Source: Gammaproteobacteria bacterium
Lineage (GTDB): Bacteria > Pseudomonadota > Gammaproteobacteria > GCA-001735895
NCBI GenBank assembly: GCA_024686195.1
Contig: JAIBDO010000002.1
Coordinates: forward strand, 1-58,950
Length of the DNA stretch: 58,950 nt
Reading direction: 5' to 3'
Each line of letters begins with the position of its first letter. The first letter of the stretch is position 1. Positions 31,506 through 40,152 of the stretch are shown in pieces. The position numbers were made by a program, and so were the translations under genes. The notes under the pieces were generated by a model that ran no database searches, was not told where the DNA came from, and was given only the letters and a program-made list of their open reading frames with translations.

Positions 31506-32918
31506 ATGATCGAGCAGGTTTCCAGCCTGGATAGTAATGAAGTGCTGGTCGTTGATTCCAACTACACACGTGGCCATTCTTTTCTCGCAGTTCTCAATTT
31601 CATCAAGGTGGATGCCCAGTTGGTGTCTCCGGAGCAACTGGCTGGAATAGCGCGTCGCGAACTCTACAACTATCTCGCCATCTTCAGCATTGGCGGCGAT
31701 GACATCATGCAGTTTTTCCTCGAGCGAAATCGGCAGGACAAGTGTAAGTACCCCGTGGTTTTGCTGGCCGACAAGTCTGACTTTAATTTACTGGAAATTG
31801 TTCTACAGCCGCCTTTTATCTCCGGCCTGTGTTTCCAGTCGGATTACTATGCGTTAGCGCAGGTTCTCGATCAGGCACGCATGCATAACAAGCGCGAACG
31901 GCGCATGCAAACGCGTGAATGCCAGCCGCTGATCGGTAGCAGCAATGCTATCGAGCGTATTAATTTAATGATTGATCAGGTCGCCGACACCAACGCTTCG
32001 GTACTGATCCTCGGTGGACCCGGCACGGGCAAGGAAGTGGTTGCAAGAAATATTCACGCGCAATCTGTGCGCAGTGCCAGGCCATTTGTACCGATCAACT
32101 GCGGTGCGAGTTCCGCAGAGTTGCTGGAAAGTGAGCTTTTCGGGCATGAAACGGATAGCCTTGCCGGAGCCACAGGTCCGCGCCAGGGACGTTTCGAGCT
32201 GGCCGAGGGTGGTGTGCTGTTTCTCGACGAGATTGGCGATATGCCGCTTGCGGTGCAGGTTAAACTACTGCGCGTATTGCAGGAGCGCTGTTATCAGAAA
32301 GTTGGGGGCAGTAGTGCCATTCCCACCAACGTGCGTATCATTGCCGCTTCCCATCACCCGCTGGAACGATTGATCGCAGAAGGCCAATTCCGCGAAGATT
32401 TATATTACCGGCTCAATGTATTCCCGATCGAAGTGCCGCCACTGCACAAACGCAAATCAGATATTCCACTGCTGATCCAGGAAATGATTACCCGCATCGA
32501 ACAGGATAATCGTGGCTCGGTGCGTCTCAGCAAGAAAGCGACGTCCATGTTGCAACAACATAGTTGGCCCGGGAACGTGCGCGAACTCGGAAATCTGATC
32601 GAGCGGCTGGCGATACAGTTTCCGCATGGCGTGGTTGATTCCAGGGATCTGCCGACAAAATATCAGTCGGCTGAAGCAAGCGATTCAGCAGGCCTGTCTG
32701 CCGCCGCAACCGCCCTGGCAAACTCGGTCGATTTCGAGCAGCTGTCCGGCGATGGTATCGATATGAAGCAATACCTGAACGATATCGAGATATCCCTGAT
32801 CCAACGGGCGTTGTTGAAAACCAATAATGTAGTCGCGCGAGCCGCAAGCATGCTGAATATGCGCCGTACTACCTTGGTCGAAAAGATGCGCAAGTACGAT
32901 ATCGAGCGCGCCGACTAA
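31506..32918 (+). CDS. FleQ-like AAA+ enhancer-binding-protein paralogue with degenerate GAFTGA loop
   Basis: 470 aa. FleQ-type N-domain ([20 protein letters not shown]), Walker [14 protein letters not shown] (170-181), Walker [38 protein letters not shown], and a Fis-type HTH ([12 protein letters not shown]). Residues 217-222 read DSLAGA (nt 32154-32171) where GAFTGA is expected. Confidence 0.85.
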   Translation: MIEQVSSLDSNEVLVVDSNYTRGHSFLAVLNFIKVDAQLVSPEQLAGIARRELYNYLAIFSIGGDDIMQFFLERNRQDKCKYPVVLLADKSDFNLLEIVLQPPFISGLCFQSDYYALAQVLDQARMHNKRERRMQTRECQPLIGSSNAIERINLMIDQVADTNASVLILGGPGTGKEVVARNIHAQSVRSARPFVPINCGASSAELLESELFGHETDSLAGATGPRQGRFELAEGGVLFLDEIGDMPLAVQVKLLRVLQERCYQKVGGSSAIPTNVRIIAASHHPLERLIAEGQFREDLYYRLNVFPIEVPPLHKRKSDIPLLIQEMITRIEQDNRGSVRLSKKATSMLQQHSWPGNVRELGNLIERLAIQFPHGVVDSRDLPTKYQSAEASDSAGLSAAATALANSVDFEQLSGDGIDMKQYLNDIEISLIQRALLKTNNVVARAASMLNMRRTTLVEKMRKYDIERAD

Positions 32919-33414
32919 CCTGCCTTGAAGTCATCCGGTTAACTATCGGATATCCCGGCAATCGTGATTTGTCTCTGCAGTTGATTCTGCATTTGATGCA
33001 GAAACTGAAACCGACCGATCCATAAAACCGGCAAATTTTCGCTCCACTAGTCAAAGGCAGGTCGGACTGACAAACTCCAAAGCGTCCATCGAGGAAGTCA
33101 GGGCGTTGACGAAAATCGCAGGTAGAATCGCCAGAATAAGCTATGTTCTAACCGACGATGCACTTACATGGGGCTGGTATTTTCCAGAACAGGGTTTAAA
33201 TGCTTGCGTTCGGTGCTTGTGATGCTTGAGGCTTTTGGCGACTGCTGTAAATGGCGATCCTGGAGATGTTCACAAACGCGGTAAACCGGTAACTAGACGT
33301 TTAACCACCGAACCAGACATACCGCTATCGAATTTTTGCTAACACCTGCTGGACCATGCCGGTCCGGGAATGATTAAGTCGCTGTCATCCGCATTCGTAA
33401 CAACGGAGATATGA

Positions 33415-33717
33415 ATGGCAATAAATATGACGGTTTCCGCAAATGGTGACCAGGTCACCATTGCTGTGACCGGCAGATTTGTGTTTGAGCTCTACGACGA
33501 CTTCCGTGCATCCTATGCAGGCACGGCAGGCGTTGGAGTTGCCTATCTGGTAGATTTAGCCGACACCGAATATCTCGACAGCTCGGCGCTCGGAATGCTG
33601 TTACTGCTGCGTGAACACGCGGGTGGAGTAGCATCGAATATCGAAATTACCCAGGCTTCTCCGGAAGTCCGCAGAATTCTCGATGTCGCTAATTTTGGTA
33701 AACTGTTTAAATTTTAG
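33415..33717 (+). CDS. STAS-domain protein (anti-sigma-factor-antagonist fold)
   Basis: 100 aa with GGAG 6 nt upstream of the ATG: VTIAVTGRF...YLVDLADTEYLDSSALGMLLLLRE...PEVRRILDVANF. Confidence 0.8.
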   Translation: MAINMTVSANGDQVTIAVTGRFVFELYDDFRASYAGTAGVGVAYLVDLADTEYLDSSALGMLLLLREHAGGVASNIEITQASPEVRRILDVANFGKLFKF

Positions 33718-33729
33718 CGAGGCGAACTG

Positions 33730-34017
33730 ATGATTAAACGCGTTGAAAAGCGGGACTTCCAGCGTATGCCGATCGATTGTGATCTCAAGTTCTCCGTGGT
33801 CGGTGACATCCGTGAGCATCGGGGCAAGGTGATCAATTTGAGCGGTACCGGAATTTTGTTTTCCTGCAGCCAGAAGGTCGAGCCCGATATACTGCTCACC
33901 GTGGTGCTCAGCGCGCCAAATACGTCACCCATGCATGCGACGGTGAAGGTCGAGCGGGTCGTTAGTAATGCTGTGTTCTACGAGGTTGCCTGCTCGATCC
34001 GCAGCAAATTCGATTAA
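33730..34017 (+). CDS. single-domain PilZ c-di-GMP receptor
   Basis: 95 aa with RxxxR = R8-DFQ-R12 and D/NxSxxG = N36-L-S-G-T-G41. Starts 12 nt after the STAS stop. Its stop codon shares the palindrome TTAA (34014-34017) with the convergent ispG stop. Confidence 0.8.
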   Translation: MIKRVEKRDFQRMPIDCDLKFSVVGDIREHRGKVINLSGTGILFSCSQKVEPDILLTVVLSAPNTSPMHATVKVERVVSNAVFYEVACSIRSKFD

Positions 34018-35228
34018 CCGGGCGTATAGCGGTTCTTCACGTAGTCTTTGACCAGTCCGATGAATTCCTGTGCGATATTGTCACCCTTCAGCGTCACCGT
34101 CTTTTCTCCATCCTGATAAACCGGCGCCACCGGTTGCTCACCGTTACCCGGCAGACTGATGCCAATGTTGGCATGCTTGCTTTCACCCGGGCCATTCACC
34201 ACGCAGCCCATTACCGCGACCTTCAAGGATTCGACGCCGGGATACTGGTGTTTCCAGCTCGGCATGGATGCGTCCAGTTCCTGTTGAATCTGCTGCGCCA
34301 GCACCTGGAAGTATTCACTGGTGGTACGTCCACAACCCGGGCATGCCGTCACGCTCGGATTGAAAGAGCGAAGATCCAGAGATTGCAGGATCTGTTGTGC
34401 GACTTTGACTTCACGTTCGCGCGTTGCGCCGGGTTCAGGTGTCAGTGAGACACGAATCGTGTCACCAATGCCCTGATTGAGCAGAATGGCGAGCGCTACA
34501 CTGGAGGCGATGACCCCAGGATCACCCATGCCCGCCTCGGTAAGACCCAGATGCAGTGCGTAGCGACAGCGTTTTGCCAGCTCCTGATAGACCTCGATCA
34601 AATCCGGTACACGGCTCATCTTGCAACTGATGACGATGCGCTCGGCACCGAGGCCGATGTCCTCGGCAAAAGCCGCGCTGGTCAGTGCTGATTCGATAAC
34701 TGCCTGACGGGTGATAGCCTGCAGTGATAGCGGGTCGGCCAGGTTAGCGTTTCGCGTCAACAGGCCGGCCAGCAGTTGTTGATCCAGGCTGCCCCAGTTC
34801 ACACCGATGCGCACAGGCTTATCATAACGGCAGGCGATCTCGATCATGTCGCTGAATTGACGATCTCGTTTCTTGCCATGCCCGACGTTCCCGGGATTGA
34901 TGCGATACTTGGCCAGGGCGCGCGCGGCAGCATCGTGTCGGGTGAGCAACTTGTGGCCGTTGAAGTGGAAATCACCGACCAGCGGCACGTGGCAGTCCTG
35001 CTGTGCCAGTTGTTCGACGATATGAGGGAGCGCGCGCGCCGCGGCATCGTTGTTTACGGTGACGCGCACCAGCTCTGACCCCGTGTCATGCAATAACTTT
35101 ACCTGGGCTACGGTAGCCGCGATATCCGCGGTATCGGTATTGGTCATCGACTGCACTACCACCGGTGCGCCACCTCCAAGGAGGATACCGGCGACATCGA
35201 CACTGTGCCTTTGACTGGCTGTATTCAT
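34014..35228 (-). CDS. ispG: 4-hydroxy-3-methylbut-2-enyl diphosphate synthase, long (about 400 aa) type
   Basis: 404 aa: [17 protein letters not shown]...VRVTVNN...VGDFHFNGH...YRINPGNVG...HLGLTEAG...TACPGCGRT...GCVVNGPGE. Confidence 0.92.
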   Translation of the reverse strand: MNTASQRHSVDVAGILLGGGAPVVVQSMTNTDTADIAATVAQVKLLHDTGSELVRVTVNNDAAARALPHIVEQLAQQDCHVPLVGDFHFNGHKLLTRHDAAARALAKYRINPGNVGHGKKRDRQFSDMIEIACRYDKPVRIGVNWGSLDQQLLAGLLTRNANLADPLSLQAITRQAVIESALTSAAFAEDIGLGAERIVISCKMSRVPDLIEVYQELAKRCRYALHLGLTEAGMGDPGVIASSVALAILLNQGIGDTIRVSLTPEPGATREREVKVAQQILQSLDLRSFNPSVTACPGCGRTTSEYFQVLAQQIQQELDASMPSWKHQYPGVESLKVAVMGCVVNGPGESKHANIGISLPGNGEQPVAPVYQDGEKTVTLKGDNIAQEFIGLVKDYVKNRYTPG

Positions 35229-35301
35229 GGAATTCCAGGCGAGAAATCAGGGCGCTTATAGTAAAGAACATTGTTCATTTGTGAAAGTGCTATGCCGGTA
35301 C

Positions 35302-35494
35302 TTAATGGCACTTACTTAAGCCTGAACACTGGTGCATCCAGAGTCCGACTGCGGTCGGATGTTTTGGGGAACTATTCGCGAATGCCTCGGCGGCTTCGCC
35401 GCCTGCGGTTTACTTCGCAAATAGTTCCCCAATCATCCACCTTCTCTCAACCGGAATGAATGTCATGGGGTTGTGCTTAAGTAAGTGCCATTAA
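35302..35494. mobile_element. 193-bp MITE-like nested palindrome with 20-bp perfect TIRs and a 9-bp target-site duplication
   Basis: TIR-L TTAATGGCACTTACTTAAGC (35302-35321) is the exact reverse complement of 35475-35494. The flanking direct repeats TGCCGGTAC at 35293-35301 and 35495-35503 are identical. There is an inner inverted repeat GGGGAACTATTCGCGAA (35366-35382) / TTCGCAAATAGTTCCCC (35414-35430) and a central hairpin GGCGGC-TTC-GCCGCC (35389-35403). Confidence 0.7.
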
Positions 35495-35604
35495 TGCCGG
35501 TACTCGGATGAAGGTATTACGAAAGCTCATTCTTCGGCCAGTTGCGCTGTTTCATGGTTGTTTCACAAGCGCGCCAAAACCTTTAGAATTCGGGCCTGTT
35601 TTTG

Positions 35605-36324
35605 ATGGGAAGAAACGTGTTTAGCCAGGTCCGTATAATTGCCTTTGATCTCGACGATACCCTGTGGCCGTGTATGCCGACCATTAATCGCGCCGAGGAT
35701 ATTCTATACCAGTGGCTGGCGCGCTTTTATCCGCGTATTACAGAGGGATATGATGCCAGGAAAATGGTTGCGTATCGCCGTGAATTCAGTGCGCGCGAGG
35801 CTCACTATGCGATCGACATGACCGGTATGCGGCGAGATTTCCTGCATCATCTGGGAGAGATTCACGATTACGACGGGAAACAGGTCGCAAGCCAGGGATT
35901 CGAAATTTTCTTCGCGGCACGTCAGCAAGTCGAATTTTATGATGATGTGTTGCCCTGCCTGCAGCGGCTCAAGCGCAAGTACCGACTCGGCAGTATCACC
36001 AATGGCAACGCCAGCGTCGAGCACGTCGGGCTGGCTGACTTGATCGAACATCCCGTAGGCGCCTCAGATGTGATGGTTGCCAAACCTGACCCATTGATTT
36101 ATCAGCATCTTGCTGAGCGCTTTGATGCACTACCCGAGGAGATTGTTTATGTGGGTGATCATCCGCACTACGATGTGGTCGGTGCGGTCGATGCCGGGTT
36201 CCATGCGGTGTGGATTAATCGTGAGCGCATATCCTGGCCGGACGACCTGCCGCAGCCACAGCACGAGGTGAGCGACCTGCACCAACTTGAGGCATTGCTC
36301 GAAGGTCGTGATCCTGATGACTGA
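35605..36324 (+). CDS. HAD-superfamily hydrolase
   Basis: ATG at 35605 (the track starts at a TTG 3 nt earlier). Motif I is FDLDDTLW. Other motifs: SITNGNA and VGDHPHYDVVGA. Confidence 0.8.
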   Translation: MGRNVFSQVRIIAFDLDDTLWPCMPTINRAEDILYQWLARFYPRITEGYDARKMVAYRREFSAREAHYAIDMTGMRRDFLHHLGEIHDYDGKQVASQGFEIFFAARQQVEFYDDVLPCLQRLKRKYRLGSITNGNASVEHVGLADLIEHPVGASDVMVAKPDPLIYQHLAERFDALPEEIVYVGDHPHYDVVGAVDAGFHAVWINRERISWPDDLPQPQHEVSDLHQLEALLEGRDPDD

Positions 36325-36412
36325 GCGTTAGTAACTGAGCGTTAGTAGCTGAGAATTAGTAGCTGAGAATTAGTAGCTGAGAATTAGTGACTGAGAATTA
36401 GTGACTGAGAAT
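36321..36412. repeat. 14-bp tandem repeat, 6.6 units
   Basis: Units: CTGAGCGTTAGTAA, CTGAGCGTTAGTAG, CTGAGAATTAGTAG x2, CTGAGAATTAGTGA x2, then CTGAGAAT. The array contains the stop codon of the HAD gene (36322-36324) and the stop of the convergent tesA (36398-36400). Confidence 0.92.
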
Positions 36413-37027
36413 GGCGATCATTGCTGAAGTGACTTTACCGGCGAGGATCGGCTGCGCCATGGCGGTTGGGTGAATGCCATCCGCTTGCATCAGTGCGGGA
36501 TCGCTGGCTGCCACACCTTCGAGGAACCTTGCCAGGTAGTGAATGTCAAATTCCGCAGTCACGCGGTCGAAGATTTGCTGGAAACGGGCATTGTAAGTTG
36601 CACCAAAGTTGGGCGGCATACGTACTCCGATCAGCAAAACCGTGATTTTCTGCTGCTGGGCGAGTCGCACCATCTGCCGCAGGTTGTCGGTGCTCTGCTC
36701 GAATCCGAGGCCACGCAATCCATCGTTACCGCCCAGTTCAATAATTAAATGACTGGGCTGATGCTGTGTCAGCAGTGCGGGCAGGCGCTGCAGGCCGCCA
36801 AATGTTGTTTCACCGCTGATGCTGGCATTGATGACGCTTGTGTGTGGAAAACTTGCCCCTATATTGGAGCTGAATAACTGCGCCCAGCCCTGGTCTACCG
36901 GCATGTTGTGGGCGGCGCTCAAACTGTCACCCAGGATCAGGATTTTGATTTTCTCGTGTTTCGCATCACCCGCGTTGTGAACGCCGAGCAATATGAACAG
37001 GACCATGACTGAAAATAATCTTTGCAT
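36398..37027 (-). CDS. tesA: SGNH/GDSL arylesterase - thioesterase I / lysophospholipase L1
   Basis: 209 aa with a signal peptide, block I ILILGDSLSA, block III GGNDGLRG, and the DGIHP catalytic His. Confidence 0.85.
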   Translation of the reverse strand: MQRLFSVMVLFILLGVHNAGDAKHEKIKILILGDSLSAAHNMPVDQGWAQLFSSNIGASFPHTSVINASISGETTFGGLQRLPALLTQHQPSHLIIELGGNDGLRGLGFEQSTDNLRQMVRLAQQQKITVLLIGVRMPPNFGATYNARFQQIFDRVTAEFDIHYLARFLEGVAASDPALMQADGIHPTAMAQPILAGKVTSAMIAILSH

Positions 37028-37685
37028 TGCATTAAAACAGGTCGGTAAGACCGTGGATACTCCGGAAGGGAAGCTCGATATACTCGATAATATATCACTG
37101 GAAGTCGAGTATCAGGAAGCGGTTGTCATCAAGGGCGCATCCGGGTCGGGCAAAACCACGCTGCTTGGCCTGATGGCGGGCCTGGATCAGGCAAGCTCGG
37201 GCGACATCAAATTACTGGGCCACGATCTGATGCACAAGAGCGAAGAGCAACGTGCGGCGATTCGAGCCGGTCAGGTGGGTTTTGTGTTCCAGTCTTTCCA
37301 TCTGGTACAGGGTGCCACTGCGCTGCAAAACGTGATGTTGCCACTGGAATTGAGCGGTATCGAAAATGCCGGGCAACTCGCACAGACAAGCCTGCAGCAG
37401 GTAGGACTGGCCTCGAGAGCCGACACCCTGGTGGAGCATCTCTCGGGCGGTGAGCAACAGCGCGTTGCCATCGCGCGTGCCTACGCTACCGAACCGAGTG
37501 TCCTGTTTGCCGACGAACCAACCGGGAATCTCGATGCCTCTACCGGGCGGCAGATCGCCGATTTGATGTTTGAGTTACGTGATCAGTCGGGGACTACATT
37601 GGTGCTGGTGACTCATGAAGCGGAGCTTCTCGAGCGCGGTGATCGTCAAATCCTGATCGAATCCGGCAAACTGGTCACGAGCTGA
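36993..37685 (+). CDS. ybbA: ABC transporter ATP-binding protein (YbbA/LolD-like)
   Basis: 230 aa with Walker A GASGSGKTTLL, LSGGEQQRVAIARA and Walker B LFADEPTGNLD. Divergent from tesA as in E. coli. The start could instead be the ATG at 37005. Confidence 0.85.
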   Translation: MNRTMTENNLCIALKQVGKTVDTPEGKLDILDNISLEVEYQEAVVIKGASGSGKTTLLGLMAGLDQASSGDIKLLGHDLMHKSEEQRAAIRAGQVGFVFQSFHLVQGATALQNVMLPLELSGIENAGQLAQTSLQQVGLASRADTLVEHLSGGEQQRVAIARAYATEPSVLFADEPTGNLDASTGRQIADLMFELRDQSGTTLVLVTHEAELLERGDRQILIESGKLVTS

Positions 37686-37691
37686 CAGACG

Positions 37692-40142
37692 ATGAAAGTC
37701 AAACGCGCGACCATTCATGCTTACTGGCTGATGTTCATAGCCAGCGTTATAACCGTTGGCATTGTCACGTCGAGCCAGCTGATCAGCGATCGTATCAGTC
37801 TGCTACTGGATCGCCAGGCCAGCGAGTTGCTGGCGGCTGACCTGGTCATAGAGTCGAGCAACGACTTCAGTCATGAGTATCGTGAACAGGCGTTGCGTGA
37901 AGGCTTGCAGGTCAGCCACAGTATCAGCTTGCGCAGCGCCATCTTCGTCGATGACACGCCGCGCCTGATCGAGTTGAAAGCGATCGATGCCAATTACCCG
38001 CTGCGTGGAAAACTGGAAACGGCGCTTGAAATCACCGGCACGCGACAGGTCACTACCGAGGTTCCCTCTGCGGGCGAAGTGTGGATCGATAGCAAGCTCG
38101 CGGGACTGGTGGGCAGTCAGATTCAGCTGGGTGAAAAATTCCTCAGCGCACAACGGCTGTTAACTTACGAACCCGACCGTGGTGGGGCGATCTTCAATCT
38201 CGCGCCGCGGGTATTGATGAATGTCGAGGATCTGTCCGACACGGGTCTGATTGTGGCGGGTAGCCGGGCAGAATATCGCCTGATGTTTGCCGGGGCGACG
38301 GATGATCTCGTGCGTTTCAAAATCTGGCTGAGCACCAACGCCAAACCGGGTGAGGAAATTCAGGATCTCGAAAACGCGCGCCCGGAAATGCGCCGGGCGC
38401 TGGAGCGTACGCGCCAGTTCTTTGCCCTGGCAATCGTGCTTACGCTGGTTATCGCGATGGCTGCGCTTGCCATTACCGCGCGTTATACAGCGAATCAGGA
38501 AGCACCCAAGGTGGCTATGTTGCGGGCTTTCGGTATATCGCAGGCCAACCTGCTGAAGTATTACCTGCGACAACTCGGCACGTTATGGATAATGGCCACC
38601 CTGGCCGGCATCGTGCTTGGCTGGGGCTCACAGTTCCCGCTGCAGTGGGCGCTCGATGGCTGGTTTGGTAAAGCCTTGCCGCAGGTTTACAGTCTGCGCC
38701 CCTACCTGACCGCCGCACTGGTAGGCTTGCTCGCTCTGGCCGGTTTCTCTTTGCCCTACCTGGTCAACGTGACCGCGACACCGCCGATGCAGGTGCTGCG
38801 TACGGTGGTGAACCAGCGCTCCTGGTGGCGTGGCCTGTTGATTTCAGGCAGTGCCATCGTTGCCGTGTTTGCGGTGCTGATGTTGTTGATGCAAAGCTCG
38901 ATACTGGCGGTTGTGACACTGGCACTGGTGCTGGCCTGTGCGCTGGTTCTGCCACTGTTGCTGGGTTGGATGGTGCGCGCCCTGCTGTATTCATCATCGC
39001 GCCGCTTCTGGTTGCGCCAGTATCTATTGAGTCGATTGCGCGCAACCTCACGCGGCGCCATTTATGTCATGTCGGGATTCAGCCTGGTGCTGATTTCCAT
39101 TTTACTGATCGCTGTGGTGAAGGATGAATTGATCGGTGAATGGGAGGCTCAATTGCCCGACAACATTCCCAATTATTTTCTGATTAACATTCGCACTGAA
39201 GACGTCGGTGGGATCGAAGCATTCCTGCGCCAGCGTGGTATTGAGGCATCGACGCCTTATGCGCTGGTGCGCGCGCGTATGGCGAAGATCAACGACGTCG
39301 ACGTCGATAAAATCAATTTCACGGATCCGCGCGCATCACACTCGGTGACGCATACTTTCAATGTTACCTATGCTGATGAAGTGCCCGACCAGAACCTGAT
39401 AGTGGCAGGTGAGTGGCTGAGCAATAGCAATGATCCCGCACAGGTATCGGTAGAGCAGGGCCTGGCCGAGCGCCTGCAACTGGAAATTGGTGATACGCTC
39501 ACCATGATGGTAGGTAGTCAGCGGTTTGAATCCCGGGTCAGCAGCATACGCTCGGTAGCCTGGGAGAATTTCAAGCCTAATTTCTTCCTGATCACCAATA
39601 CCGAACTGATTGAATCCTTTCCGCAAACCTGGTTGTTGAGCGCACTGGTCACCGATAGTAACAGGGCAGATTTAAAACAGTTGTTGCAACGCTACCCGTC
39701 GGTAACCTTGCTTGATATCAGCGAGATGATGGCGCGCGTGCGCGGCATCGTCGAGAAAGCCTCGGTCGCGTTGCAGTTCTTCTTTGTTTTTGCGTTGGTT
39801 TCCGCCGTCATCGTGTTGCTCGCGGCTATTCAAACTGGTCGGCATGAACGCGAAGTGGAGTCTTCGTTATTGCGAGCTCTCAGCGCTAATACGGGGCAGT
39901 TGTACCGGGTTCATATACTGGAATATACGCTGATGGGTGCGCTGATCGGCTTTTTCTCTGCTGCCTTCGCCAGTATCGCCGGCTGGGCAATCAGTGAATT
40001 TTTCTTCGATATCGAATTCCAGCTATCTGCCAGAGTGTGGATATACAGCCTGGCATCGGGCACGGTGATTTTAAGTCTCGCGGGTACCATGGTTAGCCGC
40101 AGGGTTTATAATGTGTCTCCGATGAAAGTATTGCGTTCCTGA
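37692..40142 (+). CDS. ybbP: FtsX-family ABC transporter permease (YbbP-like, duplicated FtsX domains)
   Basis: 816 aa with about 10 TM segments in two blocks separated by soluble domains. Immediately downstream of ybbA. Confidence 0.82.
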   Translation: MKVKRATIHAYWLMFIASVITVGIVTSSQLISDRISLLLDRQASELLAADLVIESSNDFSHEYREQALREGLQVSHSISLRSAIFVDDTPRLIELKAIDANYPLRGKLETALEITGTRQVTTEVPSAGEVWIDSKLAGLVGSQIQLGEKFLSAQRLLTYEPDRGGAIFNLAPRVLMNVEDLSDTGLIVAGSRAEYRLMFAGATDDLVRFKIWLSTNAKPGEEIQDLENARPEMRRALERTRQFFALAIVLTLVIAMAALAITARYTANQEAPKVAMLRAFGISQANLLKYYLRQLGTLWIMATLAGIVLGWGSQFPLQWALDGWFGKALPQVYSLRPYLTAALVGLLALAGFSLPYLVNVTATPPMQVLRTVVNQRSWWRGLLISGSAIVAVFAVLMLLMQSSILAVVTLALVLACALVLPLLLGWMVRALLYSSSRRFWLRQYLLSRLRATSRGAIYVMSGFSLVLISILLIAVVKDELIGEWEAQLPDNIPNYFLINIRTEDVGGIEAFLRQRGIEASTPYALVRARMAKINDVDVDKINFTDPRASHSVTHTFNVTYADEVPDQNLIVAGEWLSNSNDPAQVSVEQGLAERLQLEIGDTLTMMVGSQRFESRVSSIRSVAWENFKPNFFLITNTELIESFPQTWLLSALVTDSNRADLKQLLQRYPSVTLLDISEMMARVRGIVEKASVALQFFFVFALVSAVIVLLAAIQTGRHEREVESSLLRALSANTGQLYRVHILEYTLMGALIGFFSAAFASIAGWAISEFFFDIEFQLSARVWIYSLASGTVILSLAGTMVSRRVYNVSPMKVLRS

Positions 40143-40152
40143 GCGAGGTACC

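Noticed and set aside
33106-33128. TTGACG ... TAGAAT pair upstream of the STAS gene that looks like a sigma70 promoter.
   Set aside because: The spacer is only 11 nt by my count, well outside the 16-18-nt range. A GG/GC pair at about 33192-33207 is also mis-spaced by one for sigma54.
35306-35321. Sigma54-like TGGCAC...GC motif inside both MITE terminal repeats (TGGCACTTACTTAAGC).
   Set aside because: The GC dinucleotide is one position too far from the GG compared with TGGCAC-N5-TTGC. It also lacks the TTGC core, and both copies point inward.
35271-35459. 62-aa ORF in the ispG/HAD intergenic region.
   Set aside because: It lies almost wholly inside the MITE palindrome, has no SD sequence, and its frame is a by-product of the inverted-repeat structure.
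36321-36412. Considered whether the 14-bp repeats could be a CRISPR array.
   Set aside because: The units are directly adjacent with no spacers, are far shorter than CRISPR repeats, and no cas genes are nearby. It is a plain tandem repeat.
36993-37027. Head-to-head overlap of about 35 nt between the divergent tesA and ybbA coding starts.
   Set aside because: I recall that the E. coli tesA/ybbA pair shows a similar overlap. The alternative starts (tesA M8 at 37006, ybbA M5 at 37005) nearly remove it. This is probably a conserved quirk or a start-codon ambiguity.
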